Shown: piece after piece, positions 17,823 through 28,192 of the stretch | Position numbering within the stretch: the stretch's first letter is position 1 | Layout: every line of letters begins with the position of its first letter | Notes under the pieces: generated by a model | The model's database searches: none | Told to the model about the DNA's origin: nothing | What the model saw: the letters and a program-made list of their open reading frames with translations, nothing else | Assembly (NCBI GenBank): GCA_002385625.1 | Contig: DGDV01000054.1 | Location: 477 to 64,476, forward strand | Origin: Firmicutes bacterium UBA3943 | GTDB taxonomy: Bacteria > Bacillota > UBA4882 > UBA10575 > UBA3943 | Direction of reading: 5' to 3' | Length of the DNA stretch: 64,000 bases | Position numbers and translations under genes: made by a program

Positions 17823-19153
17823 AACCTTTACCTATTGTCGCCATTGTGGGCCGGCCGAATGTCGGTAAATCCACATTGTTTAACCGGATTGCCCGGGAAC
17901 GGTTGGCCATCGTAGAGGACTGGCCGGGTGTGACCAGGGATCGGTTGTCGACGCGGTGTCAATGGTTAAACCGGGAGTTTTATCTGGTTGATACAGGTGG
18001 GATAACTGTAGGGAAGGATCTTTTTCAGGACCAGATCCGCCGGCAAGTAAGCATTGCCATCGATGAAGCTGATGTGATCATCTTTGTCGTTGATGGCCGG
18101 GAAGGGATCCATCCTGATGATGAAGAAGTTGCCAAGTTGTTGCGCCGGGCCAACCGCTCCGTGCTTTTGGCCGTCAATAAAGTGGATCAGTTTGGCCGGG
18201 AGTATGCGGCGGAGTTTTACCGTCTGGGTTTTGGCGATCCGGTTGTCATTTCAGCGGAGCATGCCCTGAACATAGGGGATCTCTTGGATCGGGTGATTGC
18301 TAAGTTTCCCGAAGGGCAAGATCTGGAAGAGGGCGACGCCATCCGGGTAGCGGTCATGGGCCGTCCGAATGTCGGGAAGTCCTCTTTGGTCAATGCCTTG
18401 CTTGGTGAAGAACGAATGATTGTCAGTGATATACCGGGTACCACCCGGGATGCCATTGATACTTTGCTTAAATATGAGGGAGAAGAATACTTACTGGTGG
18501 ATACGGCAGGGATCCGCCGTAAAGCCAAGATCGATGAATCAGTGGAGTACTATAGTGTGCTCAGAGCCCTCCGGGCGCTGGAACGGGCGGATGTGGCCCT
18601 GATTGTACTGGATGCCACCGATTTTTTGACAGAACAGGATAAAAGGGTGGCGGGAATGGTCCAGGAAGCCGGAAAAGCTTGTGTTATCTTAGTTAATAAA
18701 TGGGATATTTTCCCCAAAACGGCAAACTCCACCAAACAGTTGGAAGAGCAGATCCGGGCCGAATTAAGCTCTTTGGATTATGCAGAAATCCTGTTTATCT
18801 CAGCGAAAACGAGGCAACGAGTCAACCGCATCCTGCCGCTGGTCAAAGCGGCGGCCAATGAGTTTGCCCACCGGGTGCCAACTTCCATGCTGAATGAGGT
18901 TTTGCGCGAGGCCATGGCTCTCCACCACCCGCCCGCCCACCGCGGACGTGAACTGAAAATCCACTATCTGACCCAAGTTGCGGTAAAACCACCTACCTTT
19001 GCCCTATGGGTGAATGATCCGGAGTTAGTGCATTTTTCCTACCAACGCTATCTGGAGAACCGGATCCGGGAAGCCTTTGGCTTTAGGGGTGCTCCGCTGC
19101 GCTGGGTGTTGAAGCAGAAGAAAAAAACAGGGGGAACAGGTAACAAGGAGTGA
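17819..19153 (+). CDS. der: Ribosome-biogenesis GTPase Der (EngA)
   Basis: Two GTPase domains are present (GRPNVGKST and GRPNVGKSS P-loops, DTGG/DTAG, NKVD/NKWD), plus a KH-like C-terminus. Confidence 0.95.
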   Translation: MKPLPIVAIVGRPNVGKSTLFNRIARERLAIVEDWPGVTRDRLSTRCQWLNREFYLVDTGGITVGKDLFQDQIRRQVSIAIDEADVIIFVVDGREGIHPDDEEVAKLLRRANRSVLLAVNKVDQFGREYAAEFYRLGFGDPVVISAEHALNIGDLLDRVIAKFPEGQDLEEGDAIRVAVMGRPNVGKSSLVNALLGEERMIVSDIPGTTRDAIDTLLKYEGEEYLLVDTAGIRRKAKIDESVEYYSVLRALRALERADVALIVLDATDFLTEQDKRVAGMVQEAGKACVILVNKWDIFPKTANSTKQLEEQIRAELSSLDYAEILFISAKTRQRVNRILPLVKAAANEFAHRVPTSMLNEVLREAMALHHPPAHRGRELKIHYLTQVAVKPPTFALWVNDPELVHFSYQRYLENRIREAFGFRGAPLRWVLKQKKKTGGTGNKE

Positions 19154-19160
19154 ATTTATT

Positions 19161-19757
19161 GTGGTATTTTTTGCAGCCATCGTTGTTTGCTACTTAATTG
19201 GTAGCATTTTAGTGGGGCCGCTTCTAGCGGGATTATTCCGTTATGACCTGAAGAAAAAGGGCAGCGGGAATCCGGGCGCCACTAATGCCTTCAGAGTAAT
19301 TGGCCCCCTTGCCGGTGTTTTGGTCTTGGCGGGTGATGCTTTTAAGGCCTGGGGGGCCTTAGCCATCGCGGCCAGAATCGCAGGGGAAGATTACCTGCCC
19401 TTGTTTGGTTTGGCTGTGATTGCAGGACATAATTGGTCTGTGTTTCACGGGTTTGCAGGTGGTAAGGGCATCGCCACCAGCTTTGGCTTGATCATGGTTT
19501 TGTCGCCAAAGACCCTTTGGTTGTTGGTCCCGGGTTGGCTTGGGGGTACTGTCCTGACGGGATTTGTCTCCGTTGGTTCTTTGGTTGCTGCAATGCTTTT
19601 GCCCGTTGCTACAAGCATCTTTTATCCAGGCCGGCCTTATTTATTAATCTTTGGTATCGGGGCGGCTTTGTTGGCGATTTACCGCCATATCCCCAACATT
19701 AAACGGTTAGTCCGGGGTGAGGAAAACCGATTGTTTGGCAAGGGGAAGGAGGAATAG
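19161..19757 (+). CDS. plsY: Glycerol-3-phosphate acyltransferase PlsY
   Basis: SGNPGATN motif, a multi-TM 198-aa protein, and the conserved der-plsY-gpsA order support the call. Confidence 0.9.
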   Translation: MVFFAAIVVCYLIGSILVGPLLAGLFRYDLKKKGSGNPGATNAFRVIGPLAGVLVLAGDAFKAWGALAIAARIAGEDYLPLFGLAVIAGHNWSVFHGFAGGKGIATSFGLIMVLSPKTLWLLVPGWLGGTVLTGFVSVGSLVAAMLLPVATSIFYPGRPYLLIFGIGAALLAIYRHIPNIKRLVRGEENRLFGKGKEE

Positions 19758-19759
19758 CA

Positions 19760-20791
19760 ATGAGTCGTGTTGGGGTGATTGGCGCCGGCGGTTGGGGAAC
19801 GGTGCTGGCCAAGTTGTTAACAGCCAATGGCCACCAGGTTGTCTTATGGTCTTATGAAGCGGAGACGGCGGAGGAGATTAACCGGGATCACACCAACAAC
19901 CGCTTTTTGCCGGGGATCTCCCTTCCCCAAGCATTGCTGGCAACGCATGATCTGGAACAGGCAGTACAAGGGCAAGAGGTAATTGTTATGGCTGTTCCGT
20001 CCCAATGGACCGGTTCTGTGGCTAGATCCGTGGCGCCGTGGATCGATCCCGGCTGTTTGGTGATCAATGCGGCCAAGGGATTGGAGATCACTACCTTGCG
20101 GCGGTTATCGCAAGTATTAATCGAGACGCTCCCGGTGCATCCTGACCGGATTGTTGTATTGTCCGGCCCCAACCATGCCGAGGAGGTGGCGCGGGAGGTT
20201 CCCACCGCCACGGTGGTAGCTTCCCCGGATCTTACCAGCGCACAAAAAGCCCAGGATCTCTTCATGAACTCCTACTTCCGGGTGTACACCAATCCGGATC
20301 GGATTGGCGTGGAACTTGGCGGCGCCTTGAAGAACATAATTGCCTTGGCGGCAGGGATCTCAGAAGGCTTGGGCTTTGGGGATAACACCAAAGCGGCCCT
20401 TTTAACCAGGGGAATTGTCGAAATGGCTCGTTTGGGCGAGGCTTTGGGCGCTTCACCCCACACCTTTGCCGGCCTGTCCGGGGTGGGCGATCTCTTTGTG
20501 ACCGGTTCTAGCCGTCATTCCCGCAATTATTGGGCGGGACGGGAGATTGGCCAGGGTAGATCCCCCGAAGAAGTATTAAAATCCACGCCGATGGTGGTCG
20601 AAGGGGTGCCTACATCGAAAGCGGCTTACCTTTTATCTAAGAAGCTGGGGGTGGAGATGCCCATCACAGAGAAAGTATACCAGGTCTTGTTTGAAGGGGT
20701 TGATCCCAGGCAGGGGGTGCAAGAACTGATGACCAGGGGGAAGACCCACGAAAGTGAGGAATTGGCCAAAGTCTGGGACAGAACCCAATGA
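19760..20791 (+). CDS. gpsA: NAD(P)H-dependent glycerol-3-phosphate dehydrogenase
   Basis: It has the VIGAGGWGT Rossmann motif, and GALKNIIALAAG and GDLFVT motifs. Confidence 0.95.
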   Translation: MSRVGVIGAGGWGTVLAKLLTANGHQVVLWSYEAETAEEINRDHTNNRFLPGISLPQALLATHDLEQAVQGQEVIVMAVPSQWTGSVARSVAPWIDPGCLVINAAKGLEITTLRRLSQVLIETLPVHPDRIVVLSGPNHAEEVAREVPTATVVASPDLTSAQKAQDLFMNSYFRVYTNPDRIGVELGGALKNIIALAAGISEGLGFGDNTKAALLTRGIVEMARLGEALGASPHTFAGLSGVGDLFVTGSSRHSRNYWAGREIGQGRSPEEVLKSTPMVVEGVPTSKAAYLLSKKLGVEMPITEKVYQVLFEGVDPRQGVQELMTRGKTHESEELAKVWDRTQ

Positions 20792-20807
20792 GCAGGAAAA
20801 ACCAAAA

Positions 20808-20833
20808 CCCAAGGCGGAAGCCTTGGGTTTTTT
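20808..20833 (+). terminator. Intrinsic terminator after gpsA
   Basis: CCCAAGG 20808-20814 pairs with CCTTGGG 20821-20827, followed by TTTTTT. Confidence 0.7.
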
Positions 20834-21039
20834 ATGTGCGTCTGTGATAAAATTGGTGTCTATTTGGGCCAGAATTAACCCTTTCCCCGGCTTGAACCAT
20901 TTTCTCCCCAGTAAACGGTAGGATTGGAATCTAAGTAATAATGGTAAGGGCCCATCCATATATATAGTATTGTTATGACGGTCGGTCCCCGGGATACTGG
21001 TTGGATCGGCCCTGATATGGGAAGAAGGGGGGAAAAGGG

Positions 21040-22518
21040 ATGGAAGGGTATGATATCTTTAGAGATATCGCCGAACGTACGGGCGGGGATATATACATAG
21101 GAGTTGTTGGCCCCGTACGTACAGGGAAGTCAACATTTATTAAAAAATTTATGGAATTGATGGTTATCCCCCATATTCAGGAGAGCTATCATCGGGAAAG
21201 GGCCATTGACGAGCTGCCGCAGAGTGGTTCGGGGAAGACCATCATGACTACGGAACCCAAGTTTGTTCCGGATGAGGCCGTAGCCATTTCAGTGAGTGAG
21301 GGCATCCAACTCCGGGTGCGGCTGGTGGACTGCGTTGGTTACTCTGTGGACCAGGCTGTGGGATATCAGGACGATTCCGGCCCGCGGATGGTGATGACTC
21401 CATGGTCGGATCAGCTCATGACCTTTCAAGCAGCTGCGGAGATGGGCACCCAAAAGGTCATTACTGATCATTCCACCATTGGCTTGGTGATTACCACCGA
21501 CGGCAGCATCACCGAGATCCCGCGGGAGAGTTATGTGGAAGCGGAAAAAAGGGTCATTGCCGAACTAACGGCAATTGGCAAACCCTACGTGGTGATCTTG
21601 AATTCTACCAGGCCATACAGCCCGGAGACCCAAAGCTTGGCCGCCCGTTTGTCCCTGGAGTATAACTTACCTGTGGTAGCTATGGACTGTCTGAATGCCA
21701 CCATGGAGCAATTAACTGGGGTACTGGCGGAAGTCCTTTCGATGTTCCCGGTCCAGGAGGTCCGGGTAGATTTGGCCAAGTGGGTTGAGGAGTTGGAGTC
21801 CGAACATTGGTTGCGCAAACACTATGAGGATGCGGTTTTCCAAGCGGTGGAGGGTATTTACCGTGTCCGTGACATTAAACCGGCCGTGGAAAATTTACAG
21901 GCTGTTGAGTATGTGGCCGGTGTTACAACACCCTGGGTTGACCTGGGGAAAGGCTCGGTTCTGCTCCAGGTGGCTGCACCGCAGGAACTCTTCTATTCCG
22001 TGCTCAAAGAGATTAGCGGTTTTGAGATCGAGGGCGATCATCATTTGATGCGGATAATGAAAGAGTTGTCGCAGACCAAGAAGGAGTACGACCGGGTTGC
22101 CGAGGCCTTGGAACAGGTCCGCCAGAAGGGGTATGGCGTAGTCAACCCGGCTTTGGATGAGATTGAATTTGCCGAGCCCGAATTGTTCCGTCAGGGCAAC
22201 CGTTGCGGTGTCCGGATTAAGGCTGGCGCTTCTTCCATCCATCTGATCCGCGCCAGGATCATGACGGAGGTTACCCCGATTGTTGGTACGGAGAAGCAAG
22301 GGGAAGAATTTGTACGATATTTAACGGAGGAATTTGAAAATAATCCGGCAAAGCTGTGGGAGACGGAATTCTTTGGTAAAACCCTTTATGACTTGGTAAA
22401 AGAGGGTATTCAAAACAAACTCACCCGTATGCCGGAGAATGCCCAGGAAAAACTCCAGGAGACCTTGACAAAGATTATCAATGAAGGAAGCGCTGGTTTA
22501 ATCTGTATTATTATCTAA
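21040..22518 (+). CDS. spoIVA: Stage IV sporulation protein A (spore coat morphogenetic ATPase)
   Basis: It has the N-terminus DIAERTGGDIYIGVVGPVRTGKSTFIKKFM (Walker A) and the C-terminus EGSAGLICIII. The 492-aa length is typical. Confidence 0.95.
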   Translation: MEGYDIFRDIAERTGGDIYIGVVGPVRTGKSTFIKKFMELMVIPHIQESYHRERAIDELPQSGSGKTIMTTEPKFVPDEAVAISVSEGIQLRVRLVDCVGYSVDQAVGYQDDSGPRMVMTPWSDQLMTFQAAAEMGTQKVITDHSTIGLVITTDGSITEIPRESYVEAEKRVIAELTAIGKPYVVILNSTRPYSPETQSLAARLSLEYNLPVVAMDCLNATMEQLTGVLAEVLSMFPVQEVRVDLAKWVEELESEHWLRKHYEDAVFQAVEGIYRVRDIKPAVENLQAVEYVAGVTTPWVDLGKGSVLLQVAAPQELFYSVLKEISGFEIEGDHHLMRIMKELSQTKKEYDRVAEALEQVRQKGYGVVNPALDEIEFAEPELFRQGNRCGVRIKAGASSIHLIRARIMTEVTPIVGTEKQGEEFVRYLTEEFENNPAKLWETEFFGKTLYDLVKEGIQNKLTRMPENAQEKLQETLTKIINEGSAGLICIII

Positions 22519-22539
22519 CCACAGCCTGCTGTGGGTTTT
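22519..22539 (+). terminator. Intrinsic terminator after spoIVA (first of two)
   Basis: CCACAG 22519-22524 pairs with CTGTGG 22529-22534, followed by GTTTT. Confidence 0.55.
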
Positions 22540-22543
22540 GTTC

Positions 22544-22574
22544 ATCCCGTCTGATTAATTAGGCGGGATTTTTA
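22544..22574 (+). terminator. Second tandem terminator after spoIVA
   Basis: ATCCCGTCT pairs with AGGCGGGAT (one G-U), followed by TTTTT. Confidence 0.55.
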
Positions 22575-22784
22575 ATTTGGGAAAATTCTGTGATATTAGT
22601 AGCCAAAAGGCTTGTAGCTGGTCGTATGTTTTAAAACCTTTGCTATGAGTGGATTAAAGATGTTTTTTTTAAGTTTGAAAAGGAGGAGATGGGGATATCA
22701 TCTAGAATAGATATGTTGGAAATTTCATACCAGGACTTTTTTGAATTCTTGATATTTAACTTTTGGAAGGAGGTGACGTATTCA

Positions 22785-23063
22785 ATGACAAAAACCGAAC
22801 TTATTGATCAAGTCTCTGGAAAAAGCGGTTTGACCAAGAAAGATTCCGGTAAAGCTGTTGACGCGATGATCGCAGCAATGACCCAAGCTCTGGCGAAGAA
22901 CGAAAAAGTTCAGTTGGTAGGTTTTGGCAGCTTCGAGGTTCGTGAGCGTGGGGCCCGTACCGGTCGCAATCCTCAGACCGGCGCCTCCATCAAAATTGCT
23001 GCCCGGAGGGTTCCGGTTTTCAAGGCTGGCAAAGCCCTGAAGGACGCTGTGGCCAAAAAATGA
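22785..23063 (+). CDS. hup: HU family DNA-binding protein
   Basis: [11 protein letters not shown]...[21 protein letters not shown] is the classic HU sequence. ATG 22785 follows GGAAGGAGG. The ORF track opens at 22689. Confidence 0.95.
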   Translation: MTKTELIDQVSGKSGLTKKDSGKAVDAMIAAMTQALAKNEKVQLVGFGSFEVRERGARTGRNPQTGASIKIAARRVPVFKAGKALKDAVAKK

Positions 23064-23081
23064 TGTAAAAATCTTGGTTTT

Positions 23082-23112
23082 AAAGGGTGGGCGCTTGGCG
23101 CCCACCCTTTTT
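23082..23112 (+). terminator. Intrinsic terminator after hup
   Basis: AAAGGGTGGGCGC pairs with GCGCCCACCCTTT around a TTGG loop, followed by TTTTT. Confidence 0.8.
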
Positions 23113-23225
23113 ATGTGCGCTTGGCCTGGGCACGATCTTTGCTGGTGGAGGTCAGCCATCTCCTCCCGTTCGATGGCGCTGGTAATCGTCATGGTTTTAG
23201 CGCTCTTTTTTTAAGTTCCTTTTTG

Positions 23226-23254
23226 TTCACCCAAATCGGGGATTATGATATAAT
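23226..23254 (+). promoter_or_regulatory. Candidate sigma-A promoter upstream of lepB
   Basis: TTCACC (23226-23231), a 17-nt spacer, then TATAAT (23249-23254). This rests on a sequence match only. Confidence 0.35.
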
Positions 23255-23365
23255 TGGAATGTTTATAAAGGAGAAAATAACCGTTGGCGCCAATTCGCCA
23301 ACTTTAAAAAAGATCCGGCATATATCCAAATAGGACAATGTTTCCGACGTGAAAGGGGTAGGTTC

Positions 23366-23968
23366 ATGGGGACAAAGACGAGCAAACCATCGGGGAAAGC
23401 AAAGAAGGCAGTGGGAGGCAAGAAAAGGGAGAAACCAAGCCTGCTTAGGGAGGTAATGGAGGTTTTAATTCCCGCATTTTTGCTTTTTTTGTTTATCCGC
23501 ACCTTCATTGCAGAAGCACGTTTTGTTCCGTCTCCGTCAATGTTGCCCACCATTCAACTGGGGGACCGCTTTATTGTGGAAAAGGTCAGCTATTGGTTTC
23601 GCGCCCCGCAACGGGGGGACATCATCGTTTTTCACCCGCCGGTGAAAGCGAAGGAAAAATCGAATGTTCCCCTGAAGGACGATTTCATCAAGCGGGTGAT
23701 CGCTTTGCCCGGCGAAGAGGTAATGGTGCGCGACGGGAAGGTCTACATCAATGGGAAACCGCTGGCAGAACCGTATATTGAACAAGGACGCCAACCGGTG
23801 TACGAGGTTGGCCCGTTGGTTGTTCCCCCCGATAGTTATTGGGTCCTGGGCGACAATAGAAACCAAAGTTGGGACAGTCATGAGTGGGGGGAAGTACCCC
23901 GGAGAAACATCGTTGGACGGGCTATTTGGCGGTTTTGGCCGTTAAATAGGATCAGCATCATGCACTGA
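23366..23968 (+). CDS. lepB: Signal peptidase I
   Basis: Motifs VPSPSMLPTI (catalytic Ser), GDIIVF, IKRVIALPGE (catalytic Lys) and VLGDNRNQSWDS are present. Confidence 0.9.
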   Translation: MGTKTSKPSGKAKKAVGGKKREKPSLLREVMEVLIPAFLLFLFIRTFIAEARFVPSPSMLPTIQLGDRFIVEKVSYWFRAPQRGDIIVFHPPVKAKEKSNVPLKDDFIKRVIALPGEEVMVRDGKVYINGKPLAEPYIEQGRQPVYEVGPLVVPPDSYWVLGDNRNQSWDSHEWGEVPRRNIVGRAIWRFWPLNRISIMH

Positions 23969-24004
23969 GGATGATCCCGATTATGAACAGAGGAGACCGT
24001 TTAG

Positions 24005-25948
24005 ATGCCGGTTGTTAGTGTGGAACAGTTGGTTAAGTATTATGGGGGCAAATGTATTTTAAACGGTGTCTCTTTTAGCCTGGAGGCCGGTGAAAAGGTT
24101 GGTCTGGTTGGACGCAACGGGTGCGGGAAGACTACCTTACTTGAGCTCTTGGCCGGTCGTCTGGAAAAGGACGGGGGGCAAATCTTTTTTTCCCGGAAGG
24201 CACAGGTTGGGTATTTGACCCAGGAATTGACGTTTGCTCCCGGTAAGACCGTTTATGAAGAACTTCGTGGGTTGTTTGCCCATTTGGATCGGCTCCAGGA
24301 GGAACTCACCGGGTTGGAACAGGCGATCTCCCAGTGCCGGCAAGAACATTCCGACTCATTGGGGCCGTTGCTGGAGCGTTATGCTAAGTTACGGGAGGAT
24401 TTTGAAGCCCAAGGTGGTTACCGGATCGACAGCGAGATCCAGGGGGTACTGCAGGGCCTCGGCCTGCCCAAGGAACTTTGGCACCAATCGCCTGCCAAGT
24501 TCTCCGGGGGTGAAAAAACCCGGGTCGCCCTGGCCCGGTTATTGCTGACCCGCCCTAACCTGCTCTTGCTGGATGAACCCACCAACTATCTGGATATTTC
24601 CGCCATCCAGTGGCTGGAGAACTACCTGCGGGATTATCCCGGGGCTATTTTGGTGGTCTCCCATGACCGGTATTTTTTGGACCGTGTTGTCCGGAAAATT
24701 CTGGCGCTGGGTGATGGCCGGATTGAGCTCTACCGGGGAAACTACAGTTATTACCGGGAGGTATGGGCGGAGTGTCGGCGGGCGCAGATGGATGCCTATT
24801 GGCAACAACAAAAGGAATTGGCCAGGAAGGAACGGTTTATCCGCGAAGCCCGCGCCACAGAAAAAGCGAAGCGGCAAGCGAAAAGCCTTGAAAAAAGGTT
24901 GAATCGAGTGGAGCGGGTGGAGCGCCCGCCTGAAGAGGTTGGCTTGCGCCATCTGGAGTTTACCGCCGCCGGACGCACTGGTAAGGTGGTGTTCCGGGTT
25001 GAGGACCTCCAAAAGAGTTATGGCAATAAAGTCTTGTTTGCCGGGGTAAATTTCAAGGTGCACAGCGGAGAGCACATTGTGGTGATGGGCCCGAACGGTA
25101 CCGGAAAAACCACTTTGTTTCGGGTCTTGTCCGGCGAGGAAGAGCCCGATGCAGGCCAAGTCATCTGGGGCCATGGTGTGCAATTGGGTTTTTTCGCCCA
25201 ACTTCTAGAAGCGGAGGAGTTGACCGGAACCGTATTGGATCAGGTGTTGGCCGCCTCGGACCTTACTACCGCTGAAGCCCGGGCCCTGCTGGGCGCCTTC
25301 CTGTTCCAAGGTGATGATGTTTTCTTACCTGTGCAGGAACTTTCCGGCGGGGAACAACGCCGGTTGGCCTTGGCCAAACTTGTTTTATCCAACGCGAATG
25401 TGCTTTTTTTGGATGAACCCACCAACCATCTGGATCTGCCGTCCCTTGATGCTTTGGAAGAGGCTCTGAACAGTTATGAGGGGACGTTGCTGGTGATTAC
25501 CCATGACCGGTTTTTTGCCCAGCGTGTTGGTGAACGGATCTTTGTCCTAGAGGACGGGAAACTGTTGGAGTTTGCCGATTATACCCAGTATGAAACCTGG
25601 CGGGAAGCACGGCAACAACAGATTGCTGAAGAATACCGCAGTGAGCGTAAGACGGAATACCAGCAGCAAAAAAGGGAACGCCGGGGGAGGCCTTCGCCGG
25701 AAACCCGCCGGTTGCAGCGGGAATTGGCGGAGTGCGAGGCGGAACTAACTGTTCTGGAAGAGGAGAAAAACCGGTTGCTGCAGGAGCTGAGCCGCCCGGA
25801 AGTATTTAATGACTTTGCCACAGCGCAAGAATACGGAAGGCAACTCCAGGAAGTGGAGCAGCATTTGGAAGAAGCTTATAATAAATGGGCCGCATTGGCG
25901 GAGAAGGTCGAAGCCATACTTGCGGCGAATGTTTCGGAGAATGCTTAA
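24005..25948 (+). CDS. ABC-F family ATPase (duplicated ABC domains, no TM domain, C-terminal coiled coil)
   Basis: Two Walker A motifs (GRNGCGKTT, GPNGTGKTT) and two LSGGE signatures are present, with a charged linker and a charged helical C-terminal tail. Confidence 0.9.
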   Translation: MPVVSVEQLVKYYGGKCILNGVSFSLEAGEKVGLVGRNGCGKTTLLELLAGRLEKDGGQIFFSRKAQVGYLTQELTFAPGKTVYEELRGLFAHLDRLQEELTGLEQAISQCRQEHSDSLGPLLERYAKLREDFEAQGGYRIDSEIQGVLQGLGLPKELWHQSPAKFSGGEKTRVALARLLLTRPNLLLLDEPTNYLDISAIQWLENYLRDYPGAILVVSHDRYFLDRVVRKILALGDGRIELYRGNYSYYREVWAECRRAQMDAYWQQQKELARKERFIREARATEKAKRQAKSLEKRLNRVERVERPPEEVGLRHLEFTAAGRTGKVVFRVEDLQKSYGNKVLFAGVNFKVHSGEHIVVMGPNGTGKTTLFRVLSGEEEPDAGQVIWGHGVQLGFFAQLLEAEELTGTVLDQVLAASDLTTAEARALLGAFLFQGDDVFLPVQELSGGEQRRLALAKLVLSNANVLFLDEPTNHLDLPSLDALEEALNSYEGTLLVITHDRFFAQRVGERIFVLEDGKLLEFADYTQYETWREARQQQIAEEYRSERKTEYQQQKRERRGRPSPETRRLQRELAECEAELTVLEEEKNRLLQELSRPEVFNDFATAQEYGRQLQEVEQHLEEAYNKWAALAEKVEAILAANVSENA

Positions 25949-26015
25949 GCCTATCCCTGTCTTTAGGGATGGTGGGGAACTTTCGTCAAAATAATTACGT
26001 TTTTGGAGGAGAGCG

Positions 26016-26657
26016 ATGATCATTCGTTCCTTGGTGACCGGTTCCATGGGAGTTAACACCTACGTTGTCACTTCGGATCAGGCTGGTGAGGCTTTGATCA
26101 TTGATCCAGGCGGGTCGGAAGAACAGATCCTCAAACTCGTCGACGAACTGCACCTTAAGGTCAAGGCAATCTTGTTGACCCATGGGCATGCCGACCACAT
26201 TGCCGGTGTGGAAAGACTGGTTCGACAGGCGAAATGGCAAGTTTGGATCCATGCCGGTGATGCGGAGATGTTGACTAACCCGTCCTTAAACCTGTCGGTC
26301 TGGATTGGTGCTCCCATCCAACTGCCGCCCGCCGACCGTCTGCTGGCAGATGGCGATACGATTTGGTTGGACAATATTCTTTTGACCGTTCGTCACACTC
26401 CCGGGCATACGCGGGGTGGGATCTGTCTGGTCGGGCCCAATCTGGTCTTCACCGGCGATACCCTCTTTTGCGGGAGCGTGGGCCGGACGGATTTTCCCGG
26501 TGGCAACATGAATGAGCTGATCAATGGTATCCGGCGTCATCTTTTGGTTTTGGACGATAATTACCGGGTCTTTCCGGGCCATGGCCCCCAAAGCACGATT
26601 GGCCGGGAACGCCTGAGCAATCCCTTTCTGCAAGGTGCCGCAGATGATCCGTGTTGA
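26016..26657 (+). CDS. MBL-fold metallo-hydrolase (glyoxalase II-like)
   Basis: It has the THGHADH motif, later HTPGHT, and GRTDF. Confidence 0.85.
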   Translation: MIIRSLVTGSMGVNTYVVTSDQAGEALIIDPGGSEEQILKLVDELHLKVKAILLTHGHADHIAGVERLVRQAKWQVWIHAGDAEMLTNPSLNLSVWIGAPIQLPPADRLLADGDTIWLDNILLTVRHTPGHTRGGICLVGPNLVFTGDTLFCGSVGRTDFPGGNMNELINGIRRHLLVLDDNYRVFPGHGPQSTIGRERLSNPFLQGAADDPC

Positions 26658-28101
26658 GTATCAAGCTGCTGTCCCGGACTGGGTGCGGCGCACAATCGAT
26701 GCTTTTATCATCAGTATTGTTCCACGGGCCGAAGGGTTGCTGGTGCTTGGCAAAATAGACCTGAGCCGGGAGCCGGACGGTTCAGGATTGTCACTGCGGG
26801 CGGATGGAACCTTCAATGGTGAACACCGGGAGCTATGTCTGGAGGATCGGGAAATTGCCGATCCCCGCTACCAGGAGGCCGATTGGGATAAACGCCGGCG
26901 AGAATTGGTACGCGGGGCTGTCCTTGATTTACTGGGCCTGAAGCTGCCCTGGGGGATCCTCACCGGTGTCCGCCCCAGTAAACTCTACCGCCATCTGCAG
27001 CAAGCCGGGTTTTCTCCGGAGGAGATCGCCACCAAGTTGCAAGAGGTGTACAGGCTTTCTCCGGAAAAAGCAGCTTTATTACAAGAGATTGACAGCGTAC
27101 AAGCGCCCTTTATGCGGGCAGAACCGGATGGAATCGGCGTTTATGTAGGTATTCCCTTCTGTCCCACACGTTGCCGCTATTGTTCCTTTCCCGCTTACCC
27201 CTTGGGAACCCATGGCCATTTGGTGGCCGGTTTTTTGCGGGGCTTGGCGGAGGAGATCCGCTTTTTCGCTGAATTTTGCCGGAATAACGGCCTGCGGGTG
27301 CAGACTGTATATGTGGGGGGAGGAACTCCCACTTCTTTAGTGCCCGGTGATTTTGGCCGTTTATTAATGGCTTTACGCGCCTTCTCCACAGAAGATGATA
27401 TGGAGTTTACCGTGGAGGCCGGGCGGCCGGAGACGGTGACACCAGAACATCTCCAAGCGTGTCTTGACTGGGGTGTGAACCGAATCAGCGTCAATCCCCA
27501 GACCTTGCATGACCGGACTTTGCAGCGGATTGGCCGCTGCCATACCAGTGCCGATATCTTTGCTGCCGTGGCCCGGGTTCGGGAAGCGAGAATTGCCGTA
27601 TTAAACATGGATTTGATTGCCGGGTCGCCAGGGGAAACAACGCGGGATTTGGATGAAACTTTGGATCAGATCCTGACCCTCGCCCCGGAGAATCTGACCA
27701 TTCATACCTTGGCGCCAAAACGCGCTGCCCAGTGGGATGAAGAGCAGTTTCAAGAGGGGATGGCCGATCCGGAATTAGCCGACTGGCTGGAACAGGCCGG
27801 CCAACGAATTCGCCAGGCTGGTTGGCGCCCATATTACCTCTACAGGCAACGCCGGATCATGGCCAACCAAGAAAACATCGGGTATGCCGTTCCCGGCAGG
27901 GAGTCTCTTTATAATATTTGGATGATGGAGGAGACCAAGACAGTTCTGGGATTGGGAGGTGGGGCCATAACCAAATGGGTGGACCAGCGAACAGGGTCCG
28001 TGGAACGGTGGTCCAACCCCAAGTGCCCGGCTACTTATGGCCAGAGAATTTCTGCAAGCCTCCCGGAAAAAGCTAAGTGGCTCAGGGCACATCTGAATTG
28101 A
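26644..28101 (+). CDS. hemZ: Radical-SAM coproporphyrinogen-dehydrogenase-like protein (HemZ type)
   Basis: It has the CPTRCRYCSF (Cx3Cx2C) motif, a HemN-like core, and the long N-terminal extension typical of HemZ. The ORF opens at GTG 26635 and overlaps the MBL gene. Confidence 0.8.
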   Translation: MIRVEYQAAVPDWVRRTIDAFIISIVPRAEGLLVLGKIDLSREPDGSGLSLRADGTFNGEHRELCLEDREIADPRYQEADWDKRRRELVRGAVLDLLGLKLPWGILTGVRPSKLYRHLQQAGFSPEEIATKLQEVYRLSPEKAALLQEIDSVQAPFMRAEPDGIGVYVGIPFCPTRCRYCSFPAYPLGTHGHLVAGFLRGLAEEIRFFAEFCRNNGLRVQTVYVGGGTPTSLVPGDFGRLLMALRAFSTEDDMEFTVEAGRPETVTPEHLQACLDWGVNRISVNPQTLHDRTLQRIGRCHTSADIFAAVARVREARIAVLNMDLIAGSPGETTRDLDETLDQILTLAPENLTIHTLAPKRAAQWDEEQFQEGMADPELADWLEQAGQRIRQAGWRPYYLYRQRRIMANQENIGYAVPGRESLYNIWMMEETKTVLGLGGGAITKWVDQRTGSVERWSNPKCPATYGQRISASLPEKAKWLRAHLN

Positions 28102-28192
28102 CAACGGAGAGGCCTTTCGGTACAATATTAAAAGAATGCGATCTTGTCCGTATTTTGAGGGGCGCTTGTTTGCTCGTTTTTTTATTGTATCT

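Noticed and set aside
20940-21039. Sigma-E type promoter for spoIVA (CATATATA-like element near 20958).
   Set aside because: The match to the CATACA-T / ATATT consensus pair is only partial and the spacing is unclear. It cannot be supported from sequence alone, so it is not listed as a feature.
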